A stretch of DNA of 64,000 bases. It comes from Thermoanaerobaculia bacterium. GTDB lineage: Bacteria > Acidobacteriota > Thermoanaerobaculia > Gp7-AA8. The stretch spans positions 14,597 to 78,596 of the forward strand of contig DATHRD010000015.1 in the NCBI GenBank assembly GCA_035482045.1, written 5' to 3'. A program made the position numbers and the translations under genes. Below are positions 17,579-27,159 of this stretch, piece after piece (position 1 is the first letter of the stretch; every line of letters starts with the position of its first letter). The notes beneath the pieces are model-generated. The model saw only the letters and a program-made list of their open reading frames with translations. It was not told the origin of the DNA and searched no databases.

Positions 17579-18853
17579 CTATCCCTTCCTTTGTTCCAAA
17601 GCCCGGTACCCGATATCCATTCGATACCTTGCTCCCTCGAACCGCACTTTCGGCGCGGCCTGGTACGCCTTGGCCAGCGCTTCGGAGAGGGTTGCCGCGC
17701 GCGCGCAGACGCTGGCCACACGGCCGGCGACGTTGATCATCTTGCCGCCGCGGGAGATGGTCCCGGCGTGGAAGACCGTCACCGCCGGGTCGTCGATCGG
17801 ATCGATGATGACTTCCTGCCCCTTCTGGAAGTCCTCGGGATAGCCATCGACAGCGACGACGACGCAGGCCGCGGCTTCCTTGACCCAGTTCAGCTTCGTG
17901 TCGCCGAGGTTGCCGCGGGCCACCTTGAGACAGAGATCGGCCAGGTCGTCTTCGAGGCGGAGCATCTGCACCTGCGTTTCCGGATCGCCGAAGCGGCAGT
18001 TGTACTCCAGCACTTTGGGACCCTTGGGCGTGAGCATCACGCCCGCATAGAGGCAGCCGGTGTACGGGCGTCCCTCATCGGTCATCCCCTGGATCGTCGG
18101 CATGATGATTGTCTTCACAATCTCCGCCGCCGCTTCACCGGTCAGGACCACGGCCGGTGAGTGCGCCCCCATGCCGCCGGTGTTGGGACCTGTCTCGCCG
18201 TCGAAGGCCTTCTTGTAGTCCTTGGCAGGGGCCAGCGAGACGAACTTCGTCCCGTCGGTCAGGACCATGAACGACACTTCCTCGCCGGTCAGGAACTCCT
18301 CGACCAGGATGCGATTCGCGGCGTTCCCGAACTTCTTCTCCTCGAACACGAGCCGGAGATACTCCTCCGCTTCCGCCTTCGATCCGATGATGACGACACC
18401 CTTGCCGGCGGCCAGCCCGTCGACCTTCATGACCGCGGGGTAGCCGAACTCCTTCAGCGCCGCTTTGGCCTCGTCGGACGACGAGCAGACACGGGCCTCG
18501 GCGGTAGGGATACCGTACTTGCGCATGAACTCTTTGGAGAACGCCTTCGACCCTTCCAGCTCCGCGGCCAGACGTGTCGGGCCGAAGATGGGCAGACCGC
18601 GTTTCTGAAACTCGTCAACGATGCCGAGGGTTAGCGGCAGTTCCGGGCCGACGATGGTCAGGTCCATCTTCAGCGTCTCGGCAAAATCTGCCAACTCGAT
18701 GATGTCGGCAACGCCGATGTTCACGCAGTCGCCGACGGCGGCGATCCCGGCGTTCCCCGGGGCCGCATAGACCTCCCTGACGAGAGGAGACTGGCGGAGT
18801 TTCCACGCGATCGCATGCTCGCGTGCCCCTTGCCCAACGACCAGAACGCGCAT
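17579..18853 (-). CDS. purD: phosphoribosylamine--glycine ligase
   Basis: MRVLVVGQGAREHAIAWKL... ATP-grasp domain. Full length, 424 aa. Confidence 0.9.
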   Translation of the reverse strand: MRVLVVGQGAREHAIAWKLRQSPLVREVYAAPGNAGIAAVGDCVNIGVADIIELADFAETLKMDLTIVGPELPLTLGIVDEFQKRGLPIFGPTRLAAELEGSKAFSKEFMRKYGIPTAEARVCSSSDEAKAALKEFGYPAVMKVDGLAAGKGVVIIGSKAEAEEYLRLVFEEKKFGNAANRILVEEFLTGEEVSFMVLTDGTKFVSLAPAKDYKKAFDGETGPNTGGMGAHSPAVVLTGEAAAEIVKTIIMPTIQGMTDEGRPYTGCLYAGVMLTPKGPKVLEYNCRFGDPETQVQMLRLEDDLADLCLKVARGNLGDTKLNWVKEAAACVVVAVDGYPEDFQKGQEVIIDPIDDPAVTVFHAGTISRGGKMINVAGRVASVCARAATLSEALAKAYQAAPKVRFEGARYRMDIGYRALEQRKG

Positions 18854-18879
18854 GAGGTAGGTGTTTGAATTCTAGCACG

Positions 18880-19076
18880 CGGTTGCGGGGTCGCGCGGCA
18901 GCGTGATTGCGCGGTCTCGCGGATTCGGTTGCTGAGTCGCTGGGTTACTGAGTTGCTGAGTCTACGGAAGCTGCCCAGCAACCCAGCAACCCCAGCAACC
19001 CAGCAACCCCAGCAATCCAGCAACTCAGCAACTCAGCAACCCAGCACCCCGAGACCGCGCAGCCGCGAGACCGCGT
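18880..19076. repeat. long imperfect inverted repeat made of GTTGCTGAG / CCCAGCAAC short tandem units, flanked by GCGGTCTCGCGG and CGCGAGACCGCG
   Basis: Left arm gcgcggtctcgcggattcggttgctgagtcgctgggttactgagttgctgagtc. Right arm ccagcaacccagcaaccccagcaacccagcaaccccagcaatccagcaactcagcaactcagcaacccagcaccccgagaccgcgcagccgcgagaccgcg. Confidence 0.8.
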
Positions 19077-19136
19077 CCAACGAAATCCGACACCCTCCAT
19101 AGACGTTCCCAACCCCGCCGCCGTACATGTGTCACG

Positions 19137-19757
19137 ATGGCTGCGGAAGTCCTCCGAATGATCCCGACGAAAGAGTCCGTGGAACCCGACGACCGCCAAC
19201 TGGTCGAACAGATCCGGCAGGGCGACGATGGGGCGTTTGAGACGCTCGTCCGCCGGAAGACCTCCAAGGTCTACGGCCTTTGCTACCGCGTCATCGGCAA
19301 TGGGGAGGACGCCAAGGACATCTCCCAGCTCGTCTTCCTCAAATTGTGGGAGAACCTCGAGAAATACGACTCGGCGTACGCCTTCGACACCTGGCTCTAC
19401 CGGATGGTGACGAACGTGGCCATCGATTTCATGCGCAACAAACAGTCGCGCGACAACGCCGTCAACTCCAACCTGCGGCTCGTCAAGACCTCGGTCGACC
19501 CGGAACAGACGGTGACCGTGCAGCGAAAAGAGGTCGAGTCTGTCTTCAACGTCGTCTCGGGCGTCCTGTCACCGAAGCAGAAGACGATCTTCGTCATGAG
19601 CGAGATGGAAGACCTCCGTTCTTCGGAGATCGCCAGGATCCTCGGCTGCCGCGAGTCGACGGTGCGCAATCACCTCTTCAACGCCCGCAAGCTGATGCAG
19701 CAGCAGTTGAAGAAACGCTTCCCCGAATACGCGCGGCTTTGGGAGGAATCGCGATGA
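19137..19757 (+). CDS. ECF-type RNA polymerase sigma factor
   Basis: Sigma-70 region 2 (YRMVTNVAIDFMR) and region 4 (SEIARILGCRESTVRNHL). Confidence 0.8.
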   Translation: MAAEVLRMIPTKESVEPDDRQLVEQIRQGDDGAFETLVRRKTSKVYGLCYRVIGNGEDAKDISQLVFLKLWENLEKYDSAYAFDTWLYRMVTNVAIDFMRNKQSRDNAVNSNLRLVKTSVDPEQTVTVQRKEVESVFNVVSGVLSPKQKTIFVMSEMEDLRSSEIARILGCRESTVRNHLFNARKLMQQQLKKRFPEYARLWEESR

Positions 19758-20281
19758 TCACGTGCCGGCAATTCCGCGCCAACCTCCAACCCGGCACGGC
19801 CGACGCCGCCCTGCTCGATCATCTTCGGCATTGCGATGCATGCCTCGACTACGCCATGGGCATCGATCCTGACCTCTTCTTCCGCTCCATCGGCGGCGAG
19901 GAGCTCGTTCCGCCCGGCGGCTTGGACGCCTTCGTCGGCGACGTGATGTCGCAGGTGCGGGTTCGTGGTGCGGAGACCTCACTCGCGCCGCGCCGTGCGG
20001 CCGGGGTATGGCAGCGGCTGGCGATCGCCGCGACCGTCGCTGCCGGTGTTACCGGCGCAACGCTCGTTTATCGCATCGAGCAGAGGCCGCCGGCCGCTCA
20101 TCCCACGCAAACGGCAGCCGCCGCCGTCAAGTCTGCCGTGGCCCGTTCGGCGGCTCTTGCGACGAAATCGTTCGTGGAAACGTATTCATCTCACAACGCG
20201 ACGATCGTCGAGGTGCCGAACGAGGGCAGCGACGCTAAAATCGTGATGATCTTCGACGACACATTGCCGGCGGACCTATGA
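19754..20281 (+). CDS. zinc-finger (HxxxCxxC) anti-sigma factor with a single TM segment
   Basis: HLRHCDACLD motif. ATGA overlap with the sigma stop. TM segment WQRLAIAATVAAGVTGATLV. Confidence 0.65.
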   Translation: MITCRQFRANLQPGTADAALLDHLRHCDACLDYAMGIDPDLFFRSIGGEELVPPGGLDAFVGDVMSQVRVRGAETSLAPRRAAGVWQRLAIAATVAAGVTGATLVYRIEQRPPAAHPTQTAAAAVKSAVARSAALATKSFVETYSSHNATIVEVPNEGSDAKIVMIFDDTLPADL

Positions 20282-20976
20282 ATCTGAAGCGCATTCTCCT
20301 GATGATTTCGATGATGGCCGTCCTCTGCGGCGCCGCCATCGCCGAGCCCCCGGAAGCAGCGGCCGACGCCAGGACGCCGCTGGCGGTGCGCTCGTTTACC
20401 TTCAAGTTCAAGCAGGCCGACAAGGCCGCGGCGGCCATCAAGCCGCTTCTGAGCACCGATGGCTCGATGTCGATCCAGCCCTCGACGAACTCGCTCGTCG
20501 TCACCGACCGCACCGACAATATGAAAGCGATCGCGAAGATGATCGGCGACTTCGACAAGGAGCCGCAGAGCTTCCGGCTCTACGTCCGCATCGTCGGCGC
20601 CTCGCGCGTCGAAGGGACGCCGAAGATTGCCGACGACCTCAAGGATGTGGCCCGGAAACTGGCCATCCTGCCGTACAACGCTTTCGAGAGCGTCGGTGAA
20701 GCGACGGTCCAGGGGAAGGAAGGCGACCCCGGTCTCATCGACATGCAGAGCGGTTATCGCGCCGACTTCCGTTTCGGTGAATACGATCCGGCCAGCGATT
20801 CGATCGCGGTCAACGGCCTGCACATCGCCAAACTCACGGGACCACAGAAGGACCAGCTCACGTCGCTGCTCACGACGACGCTGAACCTCGCCATCGGCCA
20901 GACATACATTCTCGGCGCGTCAAAAGATCCGCAAAGTCATCGCGCGTTGATGATCGTCCTCGTCGCTCGACGTTAA
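20278..20976 (+). CDS. secreted protein with secretin-N-like (STN/GspD N-domain-like) repeats
   Basis: Signal peptide MNLKRILLMISMMAVLCGAAIA. FKFKQADKAAAAIKPLL...NSLVVTDRTDNMKAIAKMI resembles secretin N domains. ATGA overlap with the anti-sigma stop. Confidence 0.5.
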   Translation: MNLKRILLMISMMAVLCGAAIAEPPEAAADARTPLAVRSFTFKFKQADKAAAAIKPLLSTDGSMSIQPSTNSLVVTDRTDNMKAIAKMIGDFDKEPQSFRLYVRIVGASRVEGTPKIADDLKDVARKLAILPYNAFESVGEATVQGKEGDPGLIDMQSGYRADFRFGEYDPASDSIAVNGLHIAKLTGPQKDQLTSLLTTTLNLAIGQTYILGASKDPQSHRALMIVLVARR

Positions 20977-21000
20977 GAGCGGCCATCCTCCTACGCATTC

Positions 21001-21040
21001 GGGGCGCGGCGACTCACCCTCCGCCGCGCCCCACTTTTTG
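21001..21040 (+). terminator. rho-independent terminator
   Basis: ggggcgcggcg actcaccctc cgccgcgcccc acttttt: 11-bp perfect stem followed by a T-run. Confidence 0.7.
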
Positions 21041-21076
21041 CGGTTCCGCGGTCTCGCAGGTTTCGCGGTCTCGCGG
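21041..21076. repeat. direct repeats of the cgcggtctcgc motif
   Basis: cggttccgcggtctcgcaggtttcgcggtctcgcgg. Confidence 0.6.
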
Positions 21077-21189
21077 TAAGGCGGCACGGACAAGAGTGCC
21101 TGTGCCTGAAAAGAAGGTTGCCGCGCGACGGCGCAACCTCGCGACCTCGTCTGCTATCCTTTGAGCTGTCGCCGTTTCGGAGGATTTCA

Positions 21190-22587
21190 ATGCGCAGATT
21201 CGTTTTCGCAGCCGCGGTTTGCACGCTCATCGCGCTTCCCCTGGCCGCTCAGAACACCGACATCGAGTCGCTCTCCGGCCTGCAGTTCAACTTCGGCAAT
21301 CCCGGTGCCCGCTCGCTCGGCATGGGCGGTGCGTTCCTCGGCCTGGCCGATGATGCGTCCGCCGCTGAGGCCAATCCGGCCGGGCTCACAATCCTGAGGA
21401 AGCCCGAGATCACGATCGAAGGGCGCAACTATCAGGAAGAACAGGTCTTCACGACGAGTGGCACGTATCCCGACCTCCAGCGCACTGCGTTCAGCCACTA
21501 CAGCCAACGCGTCGACCCGACCTTCGCCAGCATCGTCTATCCGACGAAGTACTTCACCTTCGGCGCCTACTACCACGAGCCCCTCCGCAATGAAGGGACG
21601 GGCCAGGTGGTGCCTGTGCGCAACACCTTCACCGGCGAGATCAAGACAGACGTCCCCAACTTCTTCCTCCCGGTCGACTCCAACGGCAATCCGACCGGCG
21701 GCCCGATCACGTCCGCCGCATGCGACGCTCTGCGCGTGAATAACCCGTTCGCCTGCCTCGAGTACACGGTCCTGCCCTTTCTCAGCTCCGTCAAGATTCA
21801 GGAAAGGACGCTCGGCGTGGCCGCGGCGTTCAAGATCGGCACCTTATCCTTCGGCGCCGCGGCGCGCTTCCAACGTTTCAACGAGACGGCCTTCACATTC
21901 CGCGTGACGCCGACGGGCGACTTCTCGAGCATCTCCGTGCAGGCTTCGAGCGACATCACCAGCAACAATTCCGTCGCCAAAGATCAGACCGACCTCACCT
22001 TCTCCGGCGGCTTCAAGTGGGCGCCGACCGACAAGTTCTCGCTCGGCGGCGTCTACAAGCAGGGAGCGAAGTACGCCACGCCGACCTTTGCCGCGAACGA
22101 CACCACCAACTTCGCGTTCGTCAAAGCCGCCGACACGACGTTCCATATCCCCGATGTCTTCGGCGCCGGCGTCTCCTACCGTCCCATCCCCGTGCTGACG
22201 GTCAACGCCGACGTCGTGCGTGTGAAGTACTCGAATCTCGTCGACGACTTCGTCTCCATCAATGCCACCGTGCGTGCCATCGATCATGCATACAAGGCGG
22301 CCGATGCCACGGAGCTCCACCTCGGCGGCGAGTACTTCTTCTCGACGAGGATTCCGTTCGCCATGCGCGCCGGCTACTGGCGCGACCCGCAGCACTCCAT
22401 CACCTACACGGGCCCGCTCCAGAACGCGGACGAGGTGGCCGCGGCGTTGCTCTTCCCGAAGACGAAGTCTCAGAACCACGTCTCCGTCGGCGCGGGCCTG
22501 GCATGGCCCCGCTTCCAGATCGACGCCGCCTACGACAGGTCGGAACTGTTCAAGGTCGGGTCGATTTCGATGGTGACGAGGTTCTAG
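21190..22587 (+). CDS. FadL/OmpP1/TodX-family outer membrane beta-barrel transporter
   Basis: Signal peptide MRRFVFAAAVCTLIALPLAAQ. N-terminal LGMGGAFLGLADDASAAEANPAGL (NPA motif). C-terminal aromatic residue (F). Confidence 0.65.
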   Translation: MRRFVFAAAVCTLIALPLAAQNTDIESLSGLQFNFGNPGARSLGMGGAFLGLADDASAAEANPAGLTILRKPEITIEGRNYQEEQVFTTSGTYPDLQRTAFSHYSQRVDPTFASIVYPTKYFTFGAYYHEPLRNEGTGQVVPVRNTFTGEIKTDVPNFFLPVDSNGNPTGGPITSAACDALRVNNPFACLEYTVLPFLSSVKIQERTLGVAAAFKIGTLSFGAAARFQRFNETAFTFRVTPTGDFSSISVQASSDITSNNSVAKDQTDLTFSGGFKWAPTDKFSLGGVYKQGAKYATPTFAANDTTNFAFVKAADTTFHIPDVFGAGVSYRPIPVLTVNADVVRVKYSNLVDDFVSINATVRAIDHAYKAADATELHLGGEYFFSTRIPFAMRAGYWRDPQHSITYTGPLQNADEVAAALLFPKTKSQNHVSVGAGLAWPRFQIDAAYDRSELFKVGSISMVTRF

Positions 22588-22589
22588 AG

Positions 22590-22734
22590 GTGGTTGCTGA
22601 GTTGCAAGGTTGCTGGGTCTCTCGGCAGCGCGGTCTCGCAGTAGCGCGGCGGCCACGAGCAGAGACCGCGAGACTTCGAAACCGCGAGACTTCGAGACCC
22701 AGCAACCCAGCAACCCGCATCACAGCAACCCGCA
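22590..22734. repeat. inverted repeat element combining GTTGCTG / CAGCAAC units with GCGGTCTCG / CGAGACCGC cores
   Basis: gttgctgagttgcaaggttgctgggtctc...gcggtctcg ... cgagaccgcgagacttcgaaaccgcgagacttcgagacccagcaacccagcaacccgcatcacagcaacccgcatcacag. Confidence 0.8.
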
Positions 22735-23382
22735 TCACAGCCCTTCCAGCGGCAAATCGAGCAGCTCGAACTTATCCCAGCCGCGAAAGTCGAAGTGCCA
22801 CCATTCGGATGGCAATGGGTCGAAGCCGTGGCTGATCATGGCCTCCCGCAGCTTGGCGCGATTCGCGAGAACCTCGGCCGGCAGGTCGTTGAAGTCCTGG
22901 CGCGCCCGAGGGGTGAAGTCGTCGTAGCCGGTGGGCATCGGCAGCTCGCGGCCGGTGTGCAGATCGATGAGCGTCAGATCGACGGCCGCGCCGCGGTTGT
23001 GACGCGAGCCTTTGGCCGGGTCGGCGACGAAGTCGGGATTGCGGATCGGTTTCCACATCTGTACAGTCACGCGATAGGGCCGATAGCCGTCGAAGATCTT
23101 CAACCCCAGCCCCTGGCGCGCCAGATCGCGCTCGACATCGTGCAGTGCGATCGCGGCCGGGCGGCGCAGGAAGACTCGCGGCACCGGATACAACTGCTCG
23201 TGCATGAAGTTGTTCGTGGTGGCGTAGCGCACGTCACGCGGGAGGTCGGTGATCTCGACCAGCCGTTTGTCGGGGTCGGCAGCCACGAGCCGGTCGTACT
23301 CGGCGACATCGCGGACGACGGGCGGATGCGTCGTCGCGCATGCGGTCGCAAGGAGCAGCAATAGGGCGAGGGCTCTTCTCAT
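22735..23382 (-). CDS. D-Ala-D-Ala dipeptidase (VanX/DdpX, M15 family) lipoprotein
   Basis: SRHNRGAAVDLTL and EWWHFD motifs. Lipobox LLLLATAC. Confidence 0.75.
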   Translation of the reverse strand: MRRALALLLLLATACATTHPPVVRDVAEYDRLVAADPDKRLVEITDLPRDVRYATTNNFMHEQLYPVPRVFLRRPAAIALHDVERDLARQGLGLKIFDGYRPYRVTVQMWKPIRNPDFVADPAKGSRHNRGAAVDLTLIDLHTGRELPMPTGYDDFTPRARQDFNDLPAEVLANRAKLREAMISHGFDPLPSEWWHFDFRGWDKFELLDLPLEGL

Positions 23383-24569
23383 CGCGACATCCCCGGCGCC
23401 ACTTTCGTCATGAAGTCTTCCATATTCTTCATCACCCGCTTCGAATCGTGGTTATTGAAGTCGAACCAGAGCATCAGCCGGTCGTCAGGGTGGAAACGCT
23501 CGGTGATCTGCTTCGCGATCATCTCGGCATTGCCGATGAGGGCGTTTTCCGTGGCACGCTGCACCTTCACCTCATCGAGCGTCCCCTCGAGCGCGCGCCA
23601 GTAATTGATCAATGCCGCCCGTGCCTCCTCGGCCGCACGCGGCGGATCGTCGTGGATGAAGACCAGGACCGTGCGAGGCATCAGCCGCCGCTGCCAGCCG
23701 CCGCCGTCCGGATGATATGCGGTAGCCATCCGCTCGTTCGTCTTCTGGATTTCGTCGCCCGGCGTGATCGATAGATTGAAAACGCCGACCGGCAGGATCG
23801 TGTTGGCGAAGACCTGCGTTGCCGCATCGTGCGAGCCGATCGACAGCCGCAGCAGCTCCATCCGCGATTCCCGCGGCACGATCTTCAGATTCGGAAACAC
23901 CCAGCGCGGCGCCAACGGAATCTCGTCGGCGCTCTGTCCGCAAGCGTCCACGACACGCTGCCAGTCGCCATCGGAGCGAAAGTCTTTCGGTTGAAGCGAG
24001 CGATTCGCGATCATCGACGAGCTCAGAGTCTCCCCGCGCAGCAAACGGAGAAAGATCTCCGTCGCCTCTTCGAAGATTTTGTTTTTCACCACCGGCCAGG
24101 CAGCTTCCTCCACCGGCGTGCGCGGCACGATCCCGTACGGGATGTTGATGAACGGAAAGCGGCCCGCCGCGAAGCCGATCGTGAGCAGGCGCCGCTCCTT
24201 CGGATCGAGCCCGTGGAGAGCGAGAAACGTCTTGATCCTCTCCGCTGCCGCGATTGGGCCGCCGTTGCAGAGGATGTTCATGATCGCCGATCCGACGCCG
24301 ATCTGCTTCGTCCTTGCGAAGATCCGATGCCCGAGCTGCAGGATGTCGGTATTGAGCCCGATCTCTCCGACGAAATGCGGGATGACCGCTCCCCGATTCG
24401 TCTTCTGAACCTCCGTCGACAGATGACTCTCCGCCACCCATGCCGTCCCGAACCCGAGCCGGTCCGCGAGGATCACCTGCTCGAAGAAGTTCTCGAACAT
24501 GACCCGCTCGCTCGGCATGTAGCCGTTGACCTCGGTCTGCGAGATGGAGAAGAAGACGTCGAGCTCCAT
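23379..24569 (-). CDS. LLM-class (luciferase-like) flavin-dependent oxidoreductase
   Basis: MELDVFFSISQTEV...DRLGFGTAWVAEHH-like N-terminus. Start chosen at internal M (24569). Confidence 0.65.
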   Translation of the reverse strand: MELDVFFSISQTEVNGYMPSERVMFENFFEQVILADRLGFGTAWVAESHLSTEVQKTNRGAVIPHFVGEIGLNTDILQLGHRIFARTKQIGVGSAIMNILCNGGPIAAAERIKTFLALHGLDPKERRLLTIGFAAGRFPFINIPYGIVPRTPVEEAAWPVVKNKIFEEATEIFLRLLRGETLSSSMIANRSLQPKDFRSDGDWQRVVDACGQSADEIPLAPRWVFPNLKIVPRESRMELLRLSIGSHDAATQVFANTILPVGVFNLSITPGDEIQKTNERMATAYHPDGGGWQRRLMPRTVLVFIHDDPPRAAEEARAALINYWRALEGTLDEVKVQRATENALIGNAEMIAKQITERFHPDDRLMLWFDFNNHDSKRVMKNMEDFMTKVAPGMSR

Positions 24570-24589
24570 GGCTTCGGGGATCGTATAGG

Positions 24590-24665
24590 AATGGGGGTGG
24601 GGAGTGGCGGGTGGGGAGTCGGAGAACCTATCATTCGGAATGACAGATATCCCCACCCTCCACTC
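24590..24665. repeat. G-rich / C-rich palindrome of the GGGGTGGGGAGTGG family in a divergent intergenic region
   Basis: atgggggtggggagtggcgggtggggagtcgg ... tccccaccctccactccc, followed by TATAAT at about 24668-24673. Confidence 0.75.
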
Positions 24666-24679
24666 CCTATAATCCCCGC

Positions 24680-25744
24680 GTGCCCTTCAACGAAAACCAC
24701 CCCGTCAACTTCGCGCGGGCGATGCCGAACTGGCAGCCGCTGGTCGAATATCGGCGGAATGGCGTCGCGGAGAACACGATCCACGGCGCTGTGTCGTGGG
24801 TTTCGGGGAGGAGCGTCGTCCATTCGTTCGGCGGCAACGTCGAGGTCTACGGGCGGTCGATGGTCAAGCCGATCATGATGAAGGTCTTCGTCCGCGAGTT
24901 TGCGCGGGCGCTCAATGGCGAGCAGAAGGCCATTTCCGTTGCCTCTCACAACGGTGACACCGAGCATGTGCGCGTGGCCCGGTCGATCCTCATGCAGGGC
25001 GAATGGGGCCTCATGCAGGCTCCGCTCGACGTCCCCCTCGTGCAGTTCGGCCGGCAGGTGCGTCGTCCGCGCCGCTGGTATCACTGCTGCTCGGGAGAGC
25101 ACGCGGCCATCCTTCGCGGCTGCAAGCTGAAAGGGTGGTCCCGCGTCGGCTACGTCTGGCCCCATCACCCCTTCTTCCAGGAGTATCTGGCCTACATTCG
25201 CCACGTCCTCGGCGGCGAGTGGAAGCAGGGGACGATCGCCAAGGACGGCTGCGGATTGCCGACGGTTTCGATGACCGTCACCGACCTGGCCAGGCTCTTC
25301 GCCAACCTCGTCACCGAGAAAAACGACGACTGGATCTGGCAGGCCATGATCGAACATCCCGACCTCATCGGCGGCTTCAATCGTCTCGACTCGACCGTCC
25401 TCAAGGCCTGTCACGGTCGCGTGCTGGCCAAGGAAGGCGCTGACGGACTCCTCGGGCTGGCCATCGAACATCCCGAGTATCCCGAGGGCCTCGGCGTGGT
25501 CGTGAAGATCGCGCACGGCTGGAACCCGCAAGCGACGTGGTACATCGCCCGTTACATCCTCGGCGTTTTGGGGTTCGAGTTCCGCAATCCCTACAAACTG
25601 CGCCGCCAGAAAGCGTTCATCGTCCCCGAGGTCATCCCGCCGGGTCTCAGAGACCGGATGGCCGCCATCGTCCCGTGGGACTCATGGGATCCGGACATCG
25701 ACAAATGGGAGTTCGAGCCGGAGGAGTTCCTTGCCGCTCGCTAA
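24680..25744 (+). CDS. asparaginase_II (PF06089)-like protein
   Basis: HCCSGEHAA and DGCGLPT resemble the Cys-Lys-Cys zinc-site motifs of Rhizobium-type asparaginase II. GTG 24680 lies 7 nt after the TATAAT. Alternative ATG at 24722. Confidence 0.5.
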   Translation: MPFNENHPVNFARAMPNWQPLVEYRRNGVAENTIHGAVSWVSGRSVVHSFGGNVEVYGRSMVKPIMMKVFVREFARALNGEQKAISVASHNGDTEHVRVARSILMQGEWGLMQAPLDVPLVQFGRQVRRPRRWYHCCSGEHAAILRGCKLKGWSRVGYVWPHHPFFQEYLAYIRHVLGGEWKQGTIAKDGCGLPTVSMTVTDLARLFANLVTEKNDDWIWQAMIEHPDLIGGFNRLDSTVLKACHGRVLAKEGADGLLGLAIEHPEYPEGLGVVVKIAHGWNPQATWYIARYILGVLGFEFRNPYKLRRQKAFIVPEVIPPGLRDRMAAIVPWDSWDPDIDKWEFEPEEFLAAR

Positions 25745-27155
25745 CTTCATCGGAGGCGTCTTCGTTCCGCCGCACTCCGGTGCGTACTTCGACGACATCA
25801 ACCCTGCCACCGCCGAGGTCATCGCGCAGATTCCGGATAGTGACGAACGCGATATCGAGGATGCCGTGGGCGCGGCGAAAGCGGTGTTTCCGGCATGGTC
25901 GCGCACGCCTGCCGCGGAACGAAGCAACCTGCTTCTGAGGCTCGCCGATCTCATCGAACTGAACCTCGACGAGCTTGCCCGATGCGAGTCGATCGACAAC
26001 GGCAAGACGATCTCGCTGGCGAGGCGGTTGGACATCCCTAGGGCCGTGGCCAACTTCCGTTTCTTCGCCACGGCCATCCTCCACCAGTCCAGCGAGGCCC
26101 ACATCACGGATGCGACCGCTCTGAATTACACATTGCGGCAACCGCTCGGCGTCGTCGGTCTGATTTCGCCATGGAATCTGCCACTTTATCTGCTCTCATG
26201 GAAGATCGCCCCGGCCGTCGCCACGGGAAACACGTGCGTCGCCAAGCCGAGCGAGCTGACGCCGCTGACAGCCAATCGCCTGGCCGAGTTGTCGATCGAA
26301 GCAAGGATCCCGCCGGGCGTGATCAACATCGTCCACGGCTACGGCAACAAGGCCGGACGTGCGCTGACCTGTCACGAGGACGTCGCCGCGATCTCTTTCA
26401 CCGGCGGTACGGTCACCGGTGCCGCCGTGGCGGCAAACGCCGCGCCGCGATTCAAGAAGCTCTCTCTCGAGCTCGGGGGCAAAAACCCGAACATCATCTT
26501 CGCCGATGCCGATCTCGACGACGCTGTGGCCACGTCGATCCGTTCCAGCTTCTGGAACCAGGGAGAGATCTGTCTCTGCGGATCGCGCATCTTGGTCGAG
26601 CGTTCCATCCACGATGAATTCGTCGGGCGTTTTACCGCAGGCGTGAAGAAACTGCGCATCGGCGATCCGCTCGACGACGCCACCGACATCGGCGCTCTGA
26701 TCAGCGAGGTCCACCTGCAAAAGGTCATGGGGTACATCGATCTGGCAACGAAAGAGGGCGGCACCGTCGTGGCCGGTGGTCATCGCCTGGATCGTTCCGG
26801 CTATTTCGTCGAGCCGACGATCGTGACCGGCCTTGGGTGCGATTGCCGCGTTCTGCAGGAAGAGATCTTCGGTCCCGTGGTGACCGTCACCCCCTTCGAC
26901 AGCGAGGAGGAAGCCGTCCGCTTTGCCAACTCCACACGCTACGGCCTCTCCGCCACCGTCTGGACGCGCGACCTTTCGCGGGCCCATCGTGTCGCCGCAT
27001 CGCTCGATGCCGGCACGGTTTGGATCAACTGCTGGCTCCTCCGCGACCTCCGCGTCCCCTTCGGTGGGATGAAGGAGAGCGGGGTAGGACGCGAGGGGGG
27101 CGTCGAGTCGCTGGAGTTCTTTACCGAGGCGAAGAATGTTTGCGTGAGGATCTAG
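25731..27155 (+). CDS. NAD(P)-dependent aldehyde dehydrogenase (hydroxy/aminomuconic semialdehyde dehydrogenase-like)
   Basis: ELGGKNP, catalytic QGEICLCGSR, FGGMKESG. Confidence 0.8.
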   Translation: MPLANFIGGVFVPPHSGAYFDDINPATAEVIAQIPDSDERDIEDAVGAAKAVFPAWSRTPAAERSNLLLRLADLIELNLDELARCESIDNGKTISLARRLDIPRAVANFRFFATAILHQSSEAHITDATALNYTLRQPLGVVGLISPWNLPLYLLSWKIAPAVATGNTCVAKPSELTPLTANRLAELSIEARIPPGVINIVHGYGNKAGRALTCHEDVAAISFTGGTVTGAAVAANAAPRFKKLSLELGGKNPNIIFADADLDDAVATSIRSSFWNQGEICLCGSRILVERSIHDEFVGRFTAGVKKLRIGDPLDDATDIGALISEVHLQKVMGYIDLATKEGGTVVAGGHRLDRSGYFVEPTIVTGLGCDCRVLQEEIFGPVVTVTPFDSEEEAVRFANSTRYGLSATVWTRDLSRAHRVAASLDAGTVWINCWLLRDLRVPFGGMKESGVGREGGVESLEFFTEAKNVCVRI

Positions 27156-27159
27156 AGGT

